46,968 bases of DNA. Source: Nemertoderma westbladi. Lineage: Eukaryota > Animalia > Xenacoelomorpha. Made by a program: the position numbers and the translations under genes. Every line of letters starts with the position of its first letter. Positions within the stretch are counted from its first letter, which is position 1. The notes beneath the pieces are model-generated. The model worked only from the letters and a program-made list of their open reading frames with translations. It was not told where the DNA came from and did not search any database. Positions 33,331 through 46,407 of the stretch are shown in pieces. The stretch is taken from assembly GCA_032718475.1 (NCBI GenBank), contig JAUCBJ010001697.1, positions 1 to 46,968 of the forward strand. Direction: 5' to 3'.

Positions 33331-35153
33331 TGCTACCCGAAGGTAGGGGTGGGCGCTACTCCTATCTGCTACCCGAAGGTTGGTGTGGGCGCTACTCCTA
33401 TCTGCTACCCGAAGGTAGGGGTGGGCGCTACTCCTACCTGCAACCCGAAGGTTGGTGTGGGCGCTACTCCTATCTGCTACCCGAAGGTAGGGGTGGGCGC
33501 TACTCCTATCTGCTACCCGAAGGTAGGGGTGGGCGCTACTCCTATCTGCTACCCGAGGGTAGGGGTGGGCGCTACTCCTATCTGCTACCCGGGGTAGGGG
33601 TGGGCGCTACTTCTTACTGCTACCCGAGGGTAGGGGTGGGCGCTACTCCTATCTGCTACCCTAAGGTAGGGGTGGGCGCTACTCCTATCTGCTACCCGAA
33701 GGTATGTGTGGGCGCTACTCCTATTTGATGCCCGAAGGTAGGGGGCGCTACTCCTATCTGATGCCCGAAGGTAGGGCGCTCTACTCCTATCTGCTACCCG
33801 AAGGTAGGGGTGGGCGCTACTCCTATCTGCTACCCGAAGGTAGGGGTGGGCGCTACTCCTATCTGCTACCCGAGGGTAGGGGTGGGCGCTACTCCTATCT
33901 GCTACCCGAAGGTAGGGGTGGGCGCTACTCCTGTCTGCTACCCGAAGGTATGTGTGGGCGCTACTCCTATCTGATGCCCGAAGGTAGGGGGCGCTACTCC
34001 TATCTGATGCCCGAAGGTAGGGGGCGCTACTCCTATCTTATGCCCGAAGGTAGGGGGCGCTACTCCTATCTGATGCCCGAAGGTAGGGGGCGCTACTCCT
34101 ATCTGATGCCCGAAGGTAGGGCGCTCTACTCCTATCTGCTACCCGAAGGTAGGGGTGGGCGCTACTCCTATCTGCTACCCGAAGGTAGGGGTGGGCGCTA
34201 CTCCTATCTGCTACCCGAGGGTAGGGGTGGGCGCTGCTCCTATCTGCTACCCGAGCGTAGGGGTGGGCGCTACTCCTATCTGCTACCCGAAGGTAGGGGT
34301 GGGCGCTAATCCTATCTGCTACCCGAGGGTAGGGGTGGGCGCTACTCCTATTTGCTACCCGAAGGTAGGGGTGGGCGCTACTCCTACCTGCTACCCTAAG
34401 GTAAGGGTGGGCGCTACTCCTATCTGCTACCCGAATGTATGTGTGGGCGCTACTCCTATCTGATGCCCGAAGGTAGGGGGCGCTACTCCTAACTGCTACC
34501 CGAGGGTAGGGGTGGGCGCTACTCCTGTCTGCTACCCGAAGGTATGGGTGGGTGCTACTCCTATCTGCTACCCGAAGGTAGGGAAGGGCGCTACTCCTAT
34601 CTGCTACCCGAGGGTAGGGGTGGGCGCTACTCCTATCTGCTACCCGAAGGTAGGGGTGGGCGCTACTGCTATCTGGCTATCCGAAGGTAGGGGTGGGCGC
34701 TACTCCTTTCTGCTACCCGAAGGTAGGGGTGGGCGCTACTGCTATCTGGCTATCCGAAGGTAGGGGTGGGCGCTACTCCTTTCTGCTACCCGAAGGTAGG
34801 GGTGGGCGCTACTCCTATCTGCTACCCGAAGGTAGGGGTGGGCGCTAGTCCTATCTGATGCCCGAAGGTAGGGGTTGGCGCTACTCCTATCTGCTACCCG
34901 AAGGTAGGGGTGGGCACTACTCCTATCTGCTACCCGAGGGTAGGGGTGGGCGCTACTCCTGTCTGCTACCCGAAGGTATGTATGGGCGCTACTCCTATCT
35001 GATGCCCGAAGGTAGGGGGCGCTACTCCTAACTGCTACCCGATGGTAGGGGTGGGTGCTACTCCTATCTGCTACCCGAAGGTAGGGATGGGCGCTACTCC
35101 TATCTGATACCCGAAGGTAGGGTGCGCTACTCCTATCTGCTACCCGAATGTAG
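33331..35153. repeat. 36-bp G-rich minisatellite (GCTACCCGAAGGTAGGGGTGGGCGCTACTCCTATCT)n with 33-bp variants, about 50 copies
   Basis: Read directly; produces the 12- and 11-residue periodic spurious ORFs in the track. Confidence 0.97.
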
Positions 35154-35417
35154 GCTAATGTTTGCTCCGAGTAATAAATATTCAACTGGACCTCACTGGA
35201 TGTAGTAGACCTAGACACCATCAAAACATAACTTGGGAATACTTCTCGACATTTTCCACAACAATATTAACACTCACAAAATGGGCTTAGCTGGAAAAAA
35301 ATATCTAAGTCCGAAAGTATATAAAATTAAGTCAATTTTCAGGTACACATATTCACGTGTGCAGCAAAACAATCCATTTTGCTCAACTCAACATTATTAT
35401 TATTTTACATTTGACAG

Positions 35418-36193
35418 GGAAGAAGATCCAAAAACTCGCACTCGGTTTGGGAGACAGTGATGATGAGGATGAGGGAGCGGGCAATCTCGACCAAAAGATC
35501 GAACAGATGTACTCGGCGAAGCGTTCGGTAACCAAGGTGGCGGCACCACAGCTGGGCCAACCCGGGGACCCTGGCAACAGCGGGGTCGTGTTACCGCCGG
35601 CGTCCGAACCCAACCCGGAGAAGCTGGAGTTGGCACGGCAACGCGCCACGCAGCTCCAACTCTCGAAACTCGGACGCACAACAGCCGCAGTCGACGCCAT
35701 CAAACAGGGTTACCTTCCCGCCGATGCGATCCTCAAAGGAACGGTTTACAACCTCGCCTACTCGAGTAAAGCAGTCGCGGAACATCTCGCGGATAAACTC
35801 AATGCGAAACTCGGTTACACACCGGAGGAACGAGAGGAAACAACCGAGAACGAGGCCGAATCAGCCGAGGTCTTTACTAAGTACGAAGAGGAACTCGATA
35901 TCAACGACTTCCCTCAGACGGTTAGACTCAAGTTGTGCACTAGGGACTCTCTGTGTAATATTATGGAATATTCCGACGCATCGATAACTCTGAAAGGGCA
36001 GTTCTACGCGCGGGGTAAAGAGCCACCGGAGGGCGAGAAGAAACTTCACTTGTTGATAGAGAGTTGGGAGGAAGTGGCGGTGGGTAAGGCTAAACAGGAG
36101 ATCACTCGGAGGATTAAAGATGAACTCATGAGGCTTCAGAATTCTGCATTCCAGCCAAACAGAACAGGGGTGTCTCGATATAAAGTTTTATAA
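35418..36193 (+). CDS. DDX46: DDX46 exon 9 (KKIQKLALGLGDSDDED, KH-like domain YEEELDINDFPQ, terminal RYKVL)
   Basis: Acceptor ttttacatttgacAG|GG; TAA ends at 36193; ATTAAA at 36242. Confidence 0.95.
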
Positions 36194-36997
36194 TTGTTAT
36201 GTGGATGTTGCTTTCGTATTGTAAGTCGTCATAATGAGAATATTAAAACAGATCGATTTAAAACATTATTACTTATTAGCCCAAAGCACTGGGTTCTTTC
36301 CAATGCCGGAAACGCAATGCAAATTGATCATTATCGGAACTTAGAACTTATGTTTCAGTTTTAAATATTATTTGAAAATATTCTTCAACAATAACATTGT
36401 GCAGATTTCCTACTAAACCTCCCATTATGATTACATGGGGCGAGCCTCTTAAAGTTCGAAGACGATCTGATACCGGTTATCATTACGGTATCTCTTTCTT
36501 TTCTTCCTCTGTAAATCTAACTTTCTATTTATACCCATTTAATGTTACTATTTATCCACTTTAAGAAACTTAGCACTGGGAAGACAAATCTATATCAATT
36601 ATTAAAAGGTGCCTCTATAATAGTCCCTCCCAATTCCCAATTAGGCATTGCCTTAATGAATGCGCCATGTTGAAATACTCAGCTGTAATGATTAACTATT
36701 TGCGTTATTATGTGAAAAGTAGCACTTTTATTAAACATGAGTGAAATCATGGGTGATATGGTGTTGTGGCACAGCATTCTTATATTATGTATATAAAAAT
36801 ATTGAATGCATCAAGCCGATAGTAGACTTGAATCATAAATACAGAGCCAACATATTTAACAAAAGGTTACATACATGTTGGGTTCATGATGAGTGAACAT
36901 TGATCGTGTAATATAAACTAAATTAAAAGTCGGGCTCTCCTCCACTTCCTTACCCAATGGAATTGTTGTTGTTATAATATATTATTGGGGCGGCTTT

Positions 36998-37575
36998 CTC
37001 TTGGTAGCATTTATATGTAATCCAACCTCCTTAGCAGCCCTCTCCACTTTATTTAGTAGAAGCTGAGCATCTGCTAGCGTATTAGAGAGCAGGGCGATGT
37101 CATCCGCAAAGTCGGTGCCTGTGACTGTAGTTGCCGGATATCTACTACTTCTGCGTTCTTGTAGTGTGAATCCCAGATCTTCACCCTTTGTAGCCGTCCT
37201 CATTGCGTAATCCAGCACGATTACAAATAGTAATGGTGCCAATGTGTCACCTTGCAGTACGCCAGCCAGGATTGAGAAGAACTCAGTTTCACCATCTGGT
37301 GAGAGTACCTGCGCTTCTGTGTCACAATATAACAATCCAATGCCAGCAACAATTACTTCTGGTATTCCATAAGCTCTTAGGATTTCCAGCATTTTCCCTC
37401 TATGGATGGAATCGAATGCTTTCTTGAAGTCCTCCAAATGTCAGGACAGCGGCGAGATTCTTTGACTTAATTCCTTCAATCAGTCTCCGTAGCGCAAGTA
37501 TTTGAGCTATTGTTGATCTACTTGGTCGAAATCCGTTTTGGCTCTTACACAGCAGTTTCTCTATGAGAGGCCTAA
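36998..37575 (-). mobile_element. RTE-like LINE reverse-transcriptase fragment (pseudogene)
   Basis: SQNGFR...ILALRRLIE, then a frameshift, then DFKKAFDSIHRGKM, GVLQGDTLAP, DFADDIALL, VGLHINATK. Truncated at both ends. Confidence 0.9.
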
Positions 37576-37727
37576 TTTAGTAGGCCCTATATAATTTATT
37601 AGTGTTTATGTCCTGAATATAATTTTCATTTTGTTTCACAAAGCTAATCTGGAAAACAAATCTAAAACATGTCTGTCTTGTGTTTATTATAACTTTTTGT
37701 TGGGAACAGATTTTGCAAAGTCGGCAA

Positions 37728-37800
37728 TGACGTCCATATGGGATCGAACTGGTGACCTCCGGGTTGGAAGTCTGACGCTCTAACCATTCAGCTAGCGGCT
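37728..37800 (-). mobile_element. tRNA-like SINE head or tRNA pseudogene
   Basis: The minus strand has A-box TAGCTGAATGGT and B-box GTTCGATCC at tRNA spacing, but the acceptor and anticodon stems do not pair. Confidence 0.6.
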
Positions 37801-37934
37801 TAGGTAAAAGATAGACCTGGAAATACTATCTGATACCTTGTATGTCCGCAATTTACCTCCCCGTGGCCTCCCATCGGTGTCAATACCATAATATGCTGCC
37901 ACTGTGCTCAATCCGAATATAATAATATGAAACC

Positions 37935-39780
37935 ACTCATTCACCCATAGCATACCAACTCATTCACCCATAACATACCAACTCATTCACCCATAACATA
38001 CCAACTCATTCACCCATAACATACCAACTCATTCACCCATAACATACCAACTCATTCACCCATAGCATACCAACTCATTCACCCATAACATACCAACTCA
38101 TTCACCCATAACATACCAACTCATTCACCCATAACATACCAACTCGTTCACCCATAACATACCAACTCATTCACCCATAACATACCAACTCATTCACCCA
38201 TAACATACCAACTCATTCACCCATAACATACCAACTCATTCACCCATAACATACCAACTCATTCACCCATAACATACCAACTCATTCACCCATAACATAC
38301 CAACTCATTCACCCATAGCATACCAACTCATTCGCCCATAACATACCAACTCATTCACCCATAACATACCAACGCGTTCACCCATAACATACCAACTCAT
38401 TCACCCATAACATACCAACTCATTCACCCATAACATACCAACTCATTCACCCATAACATACCAACTCGTTCACCCATAACATACCAACTCATTCACCCAT
38501 AACATACCAACTCATTCACCCATAACATACCAACTCATTCACCCATAACATACCAACTCATTCACCCATATCATACCAACTCATTCACCCATAACATACC
38601 AACTCATTCACCCATAACATACCAACTCATTCACCCATAACATACCAACTCATTCACCCATAACATACCAACTCATTCACCCATAACATACCAACTCATT
38701 CACCCATAACATACCAACTCATTCATCCATAACATACCAACTTATTCACCCATAGCATACCAACTCATTCGCCCATAACATACCAACTCATTCACCCATA
38801 ACATACCAACTCGTTCACCCATAACATACCAACTCATTCACCCATAACATACCAACTCATTCACCCATAGCATACCAACTCATTCACCCATAACATACCA
38901 ACTCATTCACCCATAACATACCAACTCATTCACCCATAACATACCAACTCATTCACCCATAACATACCAACTCATTCACCCATAACATACCAACTCATTC
39001 ACCCATAACATACCAACTCATTCACCCATAACATACCAACTCATTCACCCATAACATACCAACTCATTCACCCATAACATACCAACTCATTCACCCATAA
39101 CATACCAACTCATTCACCCATAGCATACCAACTCATTCACCCATAACATACCAACTCATTCACCCATAACATACCAACTCATTCACCCATAGCATACCAA
39201 CTCATTCACCCATAACATACCAACTCATTCACCCATAACATACCAACTCATTCACCCATAACATACCAACTCATTCACCCATAACATACCAACTCATTCA
39301 CCCATAACATACCAACTCATTCACCCATAACATACCAACTCATTCACCCATAACATACCAACTCATTCACCCATAACATACCAACTCATTCACCCATAAC
39401 ATACCTCAACTCATTCACCCATAACATACCTCAACTCATTCACCCATAACATACCAACTCATTCACCCATAACATACCAACTCATTCACCCATAACATAC
39501 CAACTCATTCACCCATAACATACCAACTCATTCACCCATAACATACCAACTCATTCACCCATAACATACCAACTCATTCACCCATAACATACCAACTCAT
39601 TCACCCATAACATACCAACTCATTCACCCATAACATACCAACTCATTCACCCATAACATACCAACTCATTCACCCATAACATACCAACTCATTCACCCAT
39701 AACATACCAACTCATTCACCCATAACATACCAACTCATTCACCCATAACATACCAACTCATTCACCCATAACATACCAAC
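37935..39780. repeat. 23-bp minisatellite (ACTCATTCACCCATAACATACCA)n, about 80 highly homogeneous copies
   Basis: 23-nt period read directly; the + strand is almost free of G. Confidence 0.97.
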
Positions 39781-40415
39781 AATAAATATATTTAGTATTA
39801 AAACTCCCTATCGTTCACGCAATTATAAGTTTTTGCGATATTTTTGCCGGTTTAAAGTGTCAATGACCGATTACGATTAGCTGTTATTATTTCCTGGAAA
39901 CACACAGAACTTCGATTTCATAAAGCTGTTATAATTCCTTACAAACATTAGAATATTTGATAAATCCTTTTGAAATTATTAACCGAATATACCGAATATC
40001 AAAAGCCGCAATATTTATAATCAGTATAATTATACTAATCCATTTGTAGCACACCTTTGTTTCGCTTTGTTGTTATTTATTCACTTACGACACAGTAAGT
40101 ACAGCAATGCGTATTCTCTGCCTTACAACGCAGGTTAACCGTTAATCCGTTGACCAATGGGATGGCGAATAGTCAATTCTACAACAAAGTTTTTTTATGT
40201 TGAAACTGTAACAGTTTAGTTATCCAATCAATCAGTTATCCAAGCATTCAGTTAGCCAATGAAACTGCTGCTACCAAATCAAAGTGACCGCATTAACATC
40301 TACTGTATCTGTGAACTTTTGTTAGGTACAAAAGAAAAGTAATCTATCTCGATGAATGTAAAACATTTTTTAAAAATTTGAAACATTTTCTTTCACATAG
40401 ATTTGAAAAACGAAG

Positions 40416-40490
40416 TCTTTGTCTATTTTACGCACCCTAGCTCTTCGTCTATTTTACGCACCCTAGCTCTTCGTCTATTTTACGCACCCT
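40416..40490. repeat. 26-bp tandem repeat, 3 copies
   Basis: Unit TCTTCGTCTATTTTACGCACCCTAGC. Confidence 0.85.
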
Positions 40491-40814
40491 GTAGCTCCGC
40501 TCGCACTGTAGCTTTTTCTCGACACTACCGAATCATATTTGATTGATGTTTTGTACTAATATTGGTAGCAAACAATACCTTAATATCCACCTAAGTGTGT
40601 CCTGACACGAATGATATAAAAAAATTGATTTAATATTGATTATTTATATTAATTGTTATTGATATGTGTTTCAAATATTATTCCATCCAAACACATTTAT
40701 TATTTTGGTTGTCTTCCATAACTAAATAGGCATAGAAAACATTTTCTACAGTTAAAACTGTATTTTCTAAGTGTAAAGTTAATATTATTTTGATTAAGTC
40801 ATTATAACGTTACC

Positions 40815-41120
40815 ATGGTTATTAACAGTTTTGTATCAAAAGGAGCACTGTTTGTCATGGTGTTCTTGATTGTCTTCAGCTCTGAAGAGGTAAGTTATTA
40901 TTATTAATAAATTTGTTTTATTATCAGGCCAATTAAATACAGTATATATTTCCATCTATCGGGGATGAACTTTATCGCACTAGATTTTCTGACACACGTT
41001 TTTTGAGATAATTATCTAAATATTTTTATGTAGTGTAGGTCTGCTGTAGAGCTTTACAGACTAACACCAGTTTGGGATGATTCTTTTATTTTCCGGCGTT
41101 ACAAAAGTAGTCGGCTATAA
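40815..41120 (+). CDS. Candidate small two-exon gene for a signal-peptide-bearing 53-aa product (join 40815-40889, 41034-41120), or the first exons of a longer gene
   Basis: ACCATGG start; MVINSFVSKGALFVMVFLIVFSSEE; perfect donor GAG|GTAAGT; acceptor ctaaatatttttatgtAG. No homology recognised. Confidence 0.35.
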
Positions 41121-41970
41121 TTTGGGATGTTGGGTGTATCTAAGATGTTATTCTACATTTTTGACTATAAAATTTATACTTTTCACTATTTAATATTTGT
41201 TTTTATTTCGTTATCTTTTTCTTTAATTGTACCACACACGGATCCATTTCCTACATGGTACTTTCTAAAAATGAAGTACAACCGATAACCTTATTCCCCA
41301 CCTCCACACTAACACTGAGTTAGAGTAGCAGTGCAATACACATGTGAGATTAAACCATTTCATGAGTTGTGGACACGATTTAAAAGGGAAAATATCGAAT
41401 TACGTGACATTGCCAAAAAAGGCATTCACACGGTTGTGTGACAATGCCAAAAAAGGCATTAATACGGTTTTCTGCAAAAAAAATAGTGCCCGCGTAAGCT
41501 TAACGGGGTGAATCTAACTAACAATTGAGTACACCAAGACCCGTAATATAGTGTCATTTTCTGATGACACGGACTCCCCCAAATTTTTCTACAAATCTTT
41601 ATCATATTGCTTGAAATTTGAAACAGAACTAGTTCAACTCACCGTGGTTGTTACCATGAAGCCGTATTTTTTCTATTTCGCCTTTAAATTTATTTTATAA
41701 GCGTTTTAAAAAAGTGTCTTTTGCGAAATCACACCATCCGTATCGTGGCCATTCTTCAAATTAGTCGTAATTTTTTCATATCAATATAAAGCTTGAGTTG
41801 CAAGGATTCCAAATATGTAACAATGTTTGAATTTCGTTGAGAAACAGCTGAGAAATAGGCGTTCAAAGATTTCAAGAATTATCGTTCGCTGCAAGCCATT
41901 TATTATATTTAATAAATACACAATATTCTGGAACATTTTGTTTTTTATTATACATAGCACGATCATATAT

Positions 41971-44055
41971 AACTATCTTTATTGAACTGTTATTTGTTAT
42001 TTTGTACGGATATTTTGTACGAGTAACTACGAGTACAGAGTACAGAGTTAGTTACGAGTACAAAATATCCGTACAAAATAACAAATAACAGTTCAATAAA
42101 TGTGTTGTCTCCCTGAGAAGGTTAACAATTCTAAAAGGGTTTTGTTTGGGGGAGAGTAAAGAAAATGGGGCATGGAATTTTTGGGGGATAATATAAATAA
42201 CGGTATTTATTACGGACTCTATTTAAAAATCTCAATATTTTAGCGGGAAATAATCACAAGTAATAAAGGTAATTTAAGCGTTTTTATTTAATTTCTCTAT
42301 GTAAATAGACTGACCATTGATGATGTTACAGTAGAAAATTACCTCCCTCAATATTTCGACTGCGGGCAGGTGAGAGACTAATCAGTTTAATTGAATTAAT
42401 ACTCATTGTTGCTCTTTCTTCATTGGCCGAAGACATATTTCACGGCTCGGGTCTCTCTGAGAAGTTAGGCTGTGAAGCTGATCCTCTCATGGGGGTTTTT
42501 GTTTAATATGGTGGTACAGGAGAACAATATAGATACATTGTGACACAGCTGTAGATAATTTGGCAGAATGGTTGGTCAGCATGTCTAAGAGATGGATCTA
42601 CCGTTTTGTGAAACTCACTCCAAGGCACTCAAGACTTATGCGACGCCCATTCCCACCATTTTCATTCTCATACCTCTGCTATCGGACTATTTAACATACA
42701 AACCATTCTAGAACATATTATGTATTTTGTTACATTATTATGACAACTTATCACCGTTCTGGTGATATCTCCGCAACGAGCGAAGTACCATTTACAGCGT
42801 TGCGGCCTATAGGCCGGAACCCTGCAAAGTATTCACAACTTAATAGCAATAAACTAAACGTCTTGACTGTTCTCAGTCTATCGATGAGAGCCATATTGTA
42901 CTGTAATTGTAACATTATTTACGTTACATTTGTTACAATAACTGCAAGCAATTTCTTAAAAAAGATATCAATTTCACTTATATCACTAGATAGTGAACAT
43001 TTCAATATTTCAATATAATAATTTTAAGCGTTGAAAACGCAGACAAGTTTACATAATGTAACAAAATTACGCACCCAATACATCATTCAGCCATTGTGTG
43101 AAAACGGCACTGTACTGTTAACAGCGTTTATATTTATGTAAACCTCACTCGCTCTACTCGCTCGTTACATAAATACACTCGGGTCTTAACTCTGAGAAGT
43201 GCTAGTTTTCACACAATCATGTAAATAGTTTTGTATTTCAAGAATATTAGTTAAATAAATGGTTTGGCGCGTCTTCACCCGCGTCCAATGTAATTAATGC
43301 CATGCCAATATGCCAGTCAAGTCAGCCTGCACTTTACATACTTTATTCTTGTATGCCGCCTTTCCAGCGGCAACAACAAGGCAGCAAAAAGATACCAATA
43401 TTTCTTGATGTATAAAGGGTGCAATATTGAGGAGACACTTTTTGCAAACGCTTGCAAAGTAAGTAGTGAGAAAGTTAATTTCTCCCACCTACCGAAAAAT
43501 TCGAGTGCATACTGCCTATCTATATTTCAAAGTTTTCCTGATATCATTAAAGATTTGTAAAAAAAAATAGCGGAGAGGGAGAGAGTTGCCCAGTTAAGGG
43601 GTCGCATTCGTAATTACGACTTATCGCTCAATTAGGATAAAAAATTTAGTGCTATATTTTTTCACAACTGTGGTTAAGTGATAACCTTGAATACATACCA
43701 GAATAAGTTTAAAATTATTTATGATGGCCTACTGTACTGTAGTCTCTGTATAGTATACAGTAGTAGCCTACATTGCGCTAAATGGAACGGGAAACTTAAA
43801 ATTTTCTAGAATAATTATTGTAGGCCAATTTCATAATGTTCATGGGGAATCCTTACCTTAGTATAATTTATGTAAAAATGCTGTAGCTAATATTCTAGAA
43901 AATTAATACAACTTGACGATTTCAAAAATGCTACAAATTTCCGTACAATATAACACAATTTGCGTACTATATAACACAATTTGCGTAAAAAATAAATAAC
44001 ACTTTTAGTACGGAAATTTTGATATATAGGAATTATTACGGGATTTAGGGGAGAC
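41971..44055 (-). mobile_element. Unit 1 of a tandem dimer; hairpin-containing, possibly Crypton-derived non-autonomous element
   Basis: Closely similar to 44056-46407. Hairpin module 41978-42100; body bounded by GTTGTCTCCC / GGGAGACAAC; second hairpin ~43093-43217; decayed minus-strand LTNHSAK at 42559-42579. Confidence 0.55.
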
Positions 44056-46407
44056 AACTATCTTTATTGAACTGTTATTTGGATCTTTATTGAACTGTTA
44101 CTCGTAACTATTATTTCGTCCTCGGACGTGTTATAAGTCCTCGGCTTCGCCTCGGACGTTATAACAGTCCTTGGACGAAATAATAGTTACTCGTACAAAA
44201 TATCCGTACAAAATAACAAATAACAGTTCAATAAATGTGTTGTCTCCCTGAGAAGGTTAACAATTCTAAAAGGGTTTTGTTTGGGGGAGAGTAAAGAAAA
44301 TGGGGCATGGAATTTTTGGGGGATAATATAAATAACGGTATTTATTACGGACTCTATTTAAAAAACTCAATATTTTAGCGGGAAATAATTACAAGTAATA
44401 ATAAGTAATTTAAGCGTTTTTATTTAATTTCTCTATGTAAATAGACTGACCATTGATGATGTTATAGTAGAAAATTCCCTCCCTCAATATTTCGACTGCG
44501 GGCAGGTGACAGACTAATCAGTTTAGTTGAATTATTACTCATTGTTGCTCTTTCTTCATTGGCGGAAGACATATTTCACGGCTCGGGTCTCAGCGAAGTC
44601 AGGCTAAGCTGATCCTCTCATGGGGGTTTTTGTTTAATATGGTGGTACAGGAGAACATTGTAGATACATTGTGACACAGCTGTAGTTAATTTGGCAGAAT
44701 GGTTGGTCAGCGTTTCTAAGAGATGGATCTACCGTTTTGTGAAACTCACTCCAAGGCACTCAGGACTTAGGCGACGCCCATTCCCACCATTTTCATTCTC
44801 ATACCTCTGCCATATCGGACTATTTAACATACAAACCATTCTAGAACATATTATGTATTTTGTTACATTATTATGACAACTTATCAGCGTTCTAGTGATA
44901 TTTCCACAACGAGCGAGGTACCATTTACAGCATTGCGACCTATAGGACGGAATCCTGTAAAGTATTCATAACTTAATAGCAATAAACTCCTAAACGTCTT
45001 GACTGTTCTCAGTCTATCGATGAGAGCCAAATTGTACTGTAAGTGTAACATTATTAACGTTACATTTGTTACAATAACTGCAAGCAATTTCTTAAAAAGG
45101 ATATCAATTTCACTTATATCACTAGAGAGTGAATATTTCAATATTAAATATAACAATTTTAAGCGTTGAAAACGCAGACAAGTTTACATAATGTAACAAA
45201 ATTACGCACCCAATACATCATTCAGCCATTGTGTGAAAAGGGCACTGTTCTGTTAACAGTGTTTATATTTATGTAAACCTTACTCGCTCCACTCGCTCGT
45301 TACATAAATACACTCGGGTCATAACTCTGAGAAGTGCTAGTTTTCACACAATCATGTAAATAGTTTTGTATTTCAAGAATATTAGTTAAATAAATGGTTT
45401 GGCGCGTCTTCACCCGCGTCCAATCTTCGTCTGATCGGGGGAAATGAGCAGATTACAGAAACGGCAGGTTACATATGACTTTTTCTAACCAAAACAATAA
45501 ACAATATTGCTAATAATCATTTTGAGAGCGAAGCTTTCTCCGGCCGAAGTTTGCTGCGTACCAAATAAATGGCCACACAAAACATCAGAGGAAATGCAAT
45601 TAATGCCATTCCAATATGCCAGTCAAGTCAGCCTGCACTTTACATACATTACTCTTGTATTCTTGTATGCCGCCTTTCCAGCGGCAACAACAAAGCAGCA
45701 AAAAGATACCAATATTTCTTGATGTACAAAAGGGTGCAATATTGAGGAGACACTTTTTGCAAACGCTTGCAAAGTAAGTAGTGAGAAAGTTAATTTCTCC
45801 CACCAACCGAAAAATTCGAGTTCATACTGCCTATCTATATTTCAAAGTTTTCATGATATCATTAAAGATTTGTAAAAAAAAATAGCGGACAGGGAGAGAG
45901 TTGCCCAGTTAAGGGGCCGCATTCGTAATTACGACTTGTCGCTCAATTAGGATAAAAAATTTAGTGCTATATTTTTTCACAACTGTGGCTAAGTGATAAC
46001 CTTGAATACATACCAGAATAACTTCAAAATTATTTTTGATGGCCTAGTCTCTGTATAGTATAGTAGCCTCCATTGCGCTAAATGAAATGGGAAACTTAAA
46101 ATTTTCTAGAATAATTGTTGGCCAATTTCATAATGTTCATGGGGAATCCTTACCTTAGTATAATTATGTAAAAATGCTGTAGCTAATATTCTAGAAAATT
46201 AATACAACTTGACGATTTCAAAAATGCTACAAATTTCCGTACAATATAACACAATTTGCGTAAAAAATAAATAACACTTTTACGAAATTCTAGAAAATTA
46301 ATACAACTTGACGATTTCAAAAATGCTACAAATTTCCGTACAATATAACACAATTTGCGTAAAAAATAAATAACACTTTTACTCTTACGGGATTTAGGGG
46401 AGACAAC
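44056..46407 (-). mobile_element. Unit 2 of the tandem dimer
   Basis: Same layout as unit 1. Hairpin centred on CCTCGGCTTCGCCTCGG (~44139-44155); extra ~170 bp at 45424-45597; local ~98-bp duplication near 46187-46380. Confidence 0.55.

Noticed and set aside
33349-35224. Repeat-protein ORFs (ATPICYPKVGVG)n and (RYSYLLPEGRGG)n
   Set aside because: The satellite period is a multiple of 3, so several frames stay open. They are broken by stops and lie inside intron 8, whose flanking exons join in phase.
36998-37575. Idea that this RT fragment is the piece deleted from the LINE at 661-2612
   Set aside because: The overlapping parts (QNGFR to ILALRR region) differ substantially in sequence, so they are different subfamilies.
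37728-37800. Functional tRNA gene
   Set aside because: A and B boxes are present but the cloverleaf stems do not pair. It is better explained as a SINE head or pseudogene.
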